Part shown: in pieces, positions 57,795 through 64,000 of the stretch | How the letters are laid out: the number at the start of each line of letters is the position of its first letter | Position numbering within the stretch: the first letter of the stretch is position 1 | Assembly: GCA_030390025.1 (NCBI GenBank) | Contig: CM059432.1 | Location: 117,554,001-117,618,000 of the forward strand | Reading direction: 5' to 3' | Length of the DNA stretch: 64,000 nt | Source: Squalus acanthias | Lineage: Eukaryota | The notes under the pieces: generated by a model | What the model was told of the DNA's origin: nothing | Database searches by the model: none | Seen by the model: only the letters and a program-made list of their open reading frames with translations | Translations under genes and position numbers: made by a program

Positions 57795-59786
57795 GGGAGT
57801 TAGAGATGACAAAGGAGTTCGAGAGTAGGATGAAGCAGAAAAAGGGGGCGTATGACAAATGTCAGCTTGATAATACAAGGGAGAATCAGGCTGAATATAA
57901 AAAGTACAGAGGAGAAGTGAAAAAGGAAATAAGAGGGACAAAGAGACAGTACGAAAAAAGATTGGCAGCTACTATAAAAGGGAATCCAAAGGTCTTCTAT
58001 AAGCATATTAACAGTAAAACGGTAGTCAGAGGAGCGGCGGGCTGATTAGGGACTAAAATGGAGATCTATTGGTGGAGGCAGGAGGCATGGCTGAGGTACC
58101 AAGGAAGAGGATTTTGCCAAAGCTACAGTAAATGAGGAGGTTGTTGGGATACTGTATGAGATAAAACTAGATAAAAAGGAGGTACTAGCAAGGCTGGCAG
58201 TACTTAATGTGGATAAGTCACCTGGTCCAGATGGGATGCACCCTCGGTTACTGAGGGAAGCGAGGGTAGAAATTACGGAGGTGCTGAACACAATCTTCCA
58301 ATCCTCCTTAGACACAGGGGTGGTGCCAGAGGACTGGAAGATTGCAAATGTTACACCCTTGTTCAAAAAAGGGGAGGAGGATAAACCTGGCAATTACAGG
58401 CCAGTCAGTTCAACGTCGGTGGTGGGGAAACTTTTAGAAACAATAATCTGGGAGAAAATTAACAGCCATTTGGACAAGCATGGACTAATAAAGGAGAGCC
58501 AGTACGGATTTGTTAAGGGAAAATCATGTTTGACTAACTTGATTGAGTTTTTTGATGAGGTAACAGAGTGGATGGATGAGGGCAGTGTAGTTGATGTCGT
58601 GTATAAGGACTTACAAAAGGCGTTTGATAAAGTGCCATATATTAGGCATGTTAGCAAAATTGAAGCCCATGGGATAAAAAGGGCAGTAGCAGCATGGATA
58701 CATAATTGGCTAAGGGATAGAGAACAGAAAGTTACGTTGAATGGCTGTTATTTAGACTGGAGGGAGGTATACAGTGGTGTTCCCCAGGGCTCAGTACTAG
58801 GAACACTGCTGTTTTAGATATACATTAATGACTTGAACTTGGAGGTACAGGGCATAATTTCAAAATTTTCAGATAACTTGAAACCTGGAAGTGTAATAAA
58901 CAGTGAGGAAGATAGTAATAGACTTCAAGAGGACATAGACAGGCTGATGGAATGAGCGGACACATGACAGATGAAATTCAATGCAGAAAAGTGTGAGGTG
59001 ATACATTTTGGTTGGAAGAATAAGGAAAGACCATACACACTAAATGGTACAATTTTAAAGGGTGTGCAAGAACAGAGAGACCTGGGGGTGTTTGTGCACA
59101 CATATTTGAAAGTGGCAGGACAGGTTAACAAAGCAGTTAATAAAGCTCATGGGATCCTGGGCTTTATAAATAGAGGCATAAAGTACAAAAGCCAGGCGGT
59201 TTCGCTAAACCGATATAAAACACTAGTTCAGCACCATCTGGTGTATTGTGTCCAATTCTGGACACCACACTTAGGAAGGACGTGAAGGCTTTGGAGAGGG
59301 TACAGAAGAGATTTACTAGAATGGTTCCAGGGATGAGAGATCACACTTACAGGGATATACTGGAGAAGTTGGGGTTGTTGTCCTTAGAGCAGAGAAGGCT
59401 AAGAGGAGATTTGATGGAGCTGTTTAAAATTATGAAGGGTTTAGATAGAGTAAATAAAGAGAAACTGTTTCCAATGGCTGAAGGGTCGATAAACAGAGGG
59501 CACAGATTTAAGATAATTGGCAAAAGAACCAGAGGCAACATGAGAGAAAGCTTTTCTATGTAACGAGTGATTATGATTTGGAATGCGCTGCCTGATAGGG
59601 TGGTGGATACAGATTCAATAGTAGCCTTCAAAAGGGAATTGGATAAATACTTGAAGGAGAAAAAACTGCAGGGATATGGGGAAAGAGAGGGGAGTGGGAC
59701 TAACTGGATTGCACTTTGAAAGATCTGGCACAGACTCAATGGGCCGAATGGCCTCCTTCTGTGCTGTACTATTCTATGATTCTATG
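57795..59786 (+). mobile_element. CR1 ORF2 RT and 3' UTR, degenerate
   Basis: KSPGPDGMHPRLL, NYRPVS, KAFDKVP and GVPQGSVLG motifs, with an (attctatg)2 tail. Confidence 0.9.
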
Positions 59787-60389
59787 AAATTAGCTGGCTG
59801 GATTGAAAACTAGTTTGATAATAGAAAGAAGAAGATAATGATACATGAACAATTCTCTGTATGGAAGATAGAGATGGATTTATAGGATCTGAAGAGAATC
59901 CAGCCTGGTATGCAGCAATGCACTTAGACATGTAAAACATGAAAGTGGGCAGTACATCGCAAGCTTTTGCTGTGTAGGTCTTTTCATCAGGCTGAAAGTA
60001 GATTTTTGTTGTGTGGCTGATGAGGAAATTTTGAGATTTGGGACATCAGTTTCTGAAGTTTAATCTGGTGGTTGGGTATGAGAACATGTGCACATATATC
60101 AGGACCTCTGCGCCTAACATGATAGGGTGCAGAGAGGCATATATAGCTGCAACTGAAGCTGAACACCTCCAACAGGTGGAGTCACTCTTCAATGGGGTAT
60201 CGTGAGTGTCCATGTCATGGTCAGGAGGATAGTGGCAATGCACTCAACATTTTATGGTGAGATGTGCTACTCACCATGCCACTTAGGAGGAATCATTGGC
60301 GTCTGCTGACCGTCTAATGAGGGCTCAAATGTGCCCTTAGTCACTATCTAATGTGCAATTAGTGACGACTCCTCTTGAAAAACCTATGT

Positions 60390-60800
60390 GGGGTCGAGAT
60401 GGCTCGAAGATAACACACTTGGTAATAGAAAACTGGAACTGAATTGATATTGTGTGGCAGACTTAGCAATCTGATTCCAGAGCACTATTACCAACTGATC
60501 AGCCATCCTGATATGGTAATGGGACCAAAGTGGTAGATCTGTCAACTTCGCTCCGCATAATCTGCAAGTCAAAGGTTAGAGTGGTCTGGCTTGATAAGCA
60601 GCAGCAAAACTTAACTGTGTTCTGTGCTGGTAAGCTGCGTGTTTTTAGCTGATTAAACTCCAGCAGAATTCCTGTGCACACCTGCAAGTCCCTAAGTCTA
60701 GCCTTTTGCCAACCTGTGCTTAAGCCATCTGAACTTTGCTGAATCGCAGGGACAGAGTGCACTGCATATTGAGCTAACAGAAACAGTGAATGTCTCAGTA
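60390..60800 (-). pseudogene. Possible very old Harbinger transposase remnant
   Basis: Minus strand contains CTLSLRFSK (compare CLRRLRFSK) and a GWLI-like stretch. Weak. Confidence 0.3.
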
Positions 60801-63044
60801 GTTTGGTCTCTAGAATCCACTACCATCCAGATACAGATGGTCCACATCCAACACAGACTCCAGTGTTAATCCACACCTTGTTCAAAAAGTGTTTAAACCA
60901 CAGTAATGAAACATAGCTACCTATGGAAGAGAGCTGTGGTTATAACCACAGTGGATATTATCACTCGTATGCGGGTTGCATACTATAGGATTTGCTTTGA
61001 AAGGTTTTTTCTCTGGGAGGAAACTAATAGCACTGTTTTAGATATGAATTACTTGAGGTCACTGGTGGTCTGCCACTCTTTCACCATATGTCTCTGAATC
61101 TCCGACCATATATGCCTAACGGTGGGATGTTGCCAGAGTTAAAATTCAGTGCTGATCTCTCCCCTCTTACTGTCCTGAAAGAAACTAAATAAATGCAAGG
61201 GAGCCTATTTCAGCACGCAAAGAGGAAGTGAAAGGGTCCAATTGAAACTATAGGGTTTATAGACAACTGAATTGTTAGTGATCCAGCTTTTTTTTTAACC
61301 TGCTGTGGAGACATGAATGGCCTGCATTTCCTAATTGCTCAGTGGCATGATTGAAATCAGGAGTGATTGGGATTAGTTTTGGATGCAGATCTATGTACCA
61401 AGAGGGAGACCCTTGAGAAAGAAATACTTGAGGTTGTGGCCTTCAACAAAAAGTTAATGAGAAACATTAGGTCACCAGAACCAGGTTAACAACCCTGAGT
61501 AAATAAGGTTATTTGTCTTCCACAAACTACAAAATGTGAAAATCTCTAGATGCACATCCAGAAAACCATTTTAATGAAGTCTAGAATGGCAATTCTACAT
61601 TGCTATTTATAGCATCAAGTGTCAGCTTGTTCAGTTTGTTTTTCCCCTAGAAGCAATTTCCTGCTACTCACAGATCAAAGACATTATAATTGTACTTTGC
61701 CTGGACGTACACAGGATCATCTTAATTATAATATCACTAGTAAGTTATTTTAAAGCCCCTACTAGGCTTTAAGTCTAAAGAGGAGATTAGAGAGCTTACT
61801 TTGCTTCTGCCTGTCACACAAATACGATGGAGTGCTGGCGATCAACGTGACTTTAGAAATACAAACTTTTTTGTTTTATTGTAGAAAATAAAACTTCTCA
61901 TAAATTTGCCTGCCTATCAGGTTTAAAAGAACAGTGAAGATAAGCAAGAGGCTAAAATGTTATATACATAAACAAAATTAGTCAACACCTGAACGTGAAG
62001 GATAATTTAACACTTTAGGAGGGATCCGCCATCAGAAATTCAAGACCTATACAGACTGATAAACTATTTTCCCCCCTCTATCTGAAGCTGCTTGAAGTCC
62101 TGCCCTGTACTTTCAACAGCTTCTGCTTATTTTTTTGATTCCAGTATTTCCATGTTTCTCTTTTTATCTCAGCTAACATTATATAATTTGTGATATTCCC
62201 TTAAAAGGAGTGGGGGCTGGATATATATGCTATCTATATCTATCTCCTAATGTTTCAAGGGTAACCAAGGTCAATGTGGCTAAGTAGGAATAGAAATTTG
62301 GGACAAATACTAAAAAAAATGAGTTTTTGAAACATCTAAGGAATTAGTAGGTGTGAGAAAGGGTAAATGATAAAGTAGGTGAAAAGGTAATGAGAAAGTA
62401 AGATTTCTGAGAACATCTCAGTAACAATGGAGTATGTTCAGATATATAGATTGTAAAGAACGGGTGAACACTCGTATTTCAGTTTTCTATTTAGAAATGA
62501 TAGTGGGAAGTTGGAATCCAAAGATAAAGAAATAACAGTTGTTACAGGTACTTCACATCTGTACTTAATCAGAAAAAAGCAGGGTATGTTATTTGAGTTA
62601 GATGTCAGACATTGAGGACAAACAGGAGGACCTAAACTCCCGATTGCCCCACCCCCAACAATGGCTTACCCGGTTGCTGGCTGGGTGGCTTCCGGGCAAC
62701 ACGATTTTGCACCAGTTGAAACCTGGTGAGCTGCCCCTGGACTTCAATCTGCCATTAAACTATGTTCTGCTGGCTGACGGTCTGAGAGCTAAAGTCCCTC
62801 TAGTGCGTACAACCACAGACAATCTGGTAGAGTGAATCATCCGCCCTTGTAGAACGGACTACCACCCAAGGGGTAAGGGTGAAAATTACCCCCAATGTCA
62901 TTTTAGCTAATGCAAATTTTAACTGACCTCTTCAGTAGGATCCATCGCAAAAGGATGAAATCAGAGCTCTAAATTGCTCCACATTATCTGGGGTTTTTAA
63001 TCAATTGCTTCGATACAAATGCCTATTCGAGAGAAATTGGCAGA

Positions 63045-64000
63045 ACTATAGGCCGACCGAGGCAGGTCCGGGGTCGGTGTCGTGGTCCCAGCCCTCTACC
63101 TACTGCAGCCTGCACTCTCCAAGCGCTTTATCATTGATTGGGCTTCTTAAGCCCGGCCTGCGAGGTTCACAGCCAATTAATGGAAAGCGGGTCTCATGAT
63201 GTCATTTGATGACGCATCATGTGAAGTTTCTGTTAATGTGTTGTCAAACATTGAAATCTATATTTTCAACACTTTACCTTATTGGACAGATCTGTGCTCA
63301 CCTTTGGAAGTGTCTTAGTGAGTTCCAGTGAATGTTGAGACATAACTTCCCCACCCCCCAATTGTGATGAGTGTGAAAGGAATGGCTTGAACATTGTAGT
63401 TTATGGTGCTGGTGTGGGGTGATGTCAACCTGACACATCATGTGGCAGCCAGGGTGTACAGCGTCAAGTGAAATAAATCTGGCCATGGTGATGCCATCGC
63501 TGGCCTCCCGGGCAGCAATGTTGTCGGGTGCTGATGCCCTGTGTCCTGTGCAGCATCAGGTGATTGCGGAGAAGGTTGGTGCTATTGTTGGTGTGTCTGG
63601 TGGTGTTGGTGTTGGGGCTGATCGTGGAGGGATTCAGAGGACCAAGGTGAGATTTTTTGAAGGGCAGCGATGTTGCTGGAATAGATGGCAGCTGAAGTTG
63701 AGATGACAGGAGCGATCTGTCAATGGGGAGAGAGCTTGCTCCAAGGAGGCGACAGTGGATAGAGAGTTTACTCCAAACACTTCCAAACTGCATGCAGCTC
63801 AAAAGTGTCTTCCAAGTCCTGAAGGCTCAAGCTTCTGACATTGGAAAGTGAACAGCTGTCAAATGGTAGCTTTCATACCACTTTTGCAGCTGTCACCTAT
63901 TCACAGCAATGGGGAGACACAGAAAACCCGACCTACTTACCTGACGTGATCCCCGAGTGATGTGAACCTCGTTAAAAAAGTGGGAAAATAGAAATAGGCT
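63045..64000. mobile_element. Harbinger family D deletion derivative, running off the window
   Basis: 63230-63900 is the reverse-complement homolog of about 16880-17530. Confidence 0.7.

Overview
This is eukaryotic, non-genic-looking DNA made almost entirely of nested transposable elements. The repeat types (Deu-domain tRNA-SINEs, CR1 LINEs with an esterase ORF1, L2, RTE and Penelope-like termini) suggest a cartilaginous fish such as a shark; this is an inference. The dominant theme is a dense cluster of PIF/Harbinger DNA transposons. One 4.3-kb element (20040-24360) looks intact and autonomous: it has an uninterrupted 386-aa DDE transposase and a convergent three-exon Myb/SANT gene (predicted 517 aa). 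A related inverted copy lies 7.7 kb away (32107-36270) with a frameshifted transposase. There are also at least three older Harbinger families and many MITEs, down to a 60-bp element. Other items are a long solo LTR with a 5-bp TSD carrying a Tigger-like MITE, Penelope-like termini with minimal hammerhead-ribozyme motifs, and several three-level nested insertions. No host protein-coding gene can be called with confidence; there are only weak candidate exons near 61.6-62.5 kb. Boundaries of degenerate repeats are approximate, and family labels A-D are my own.
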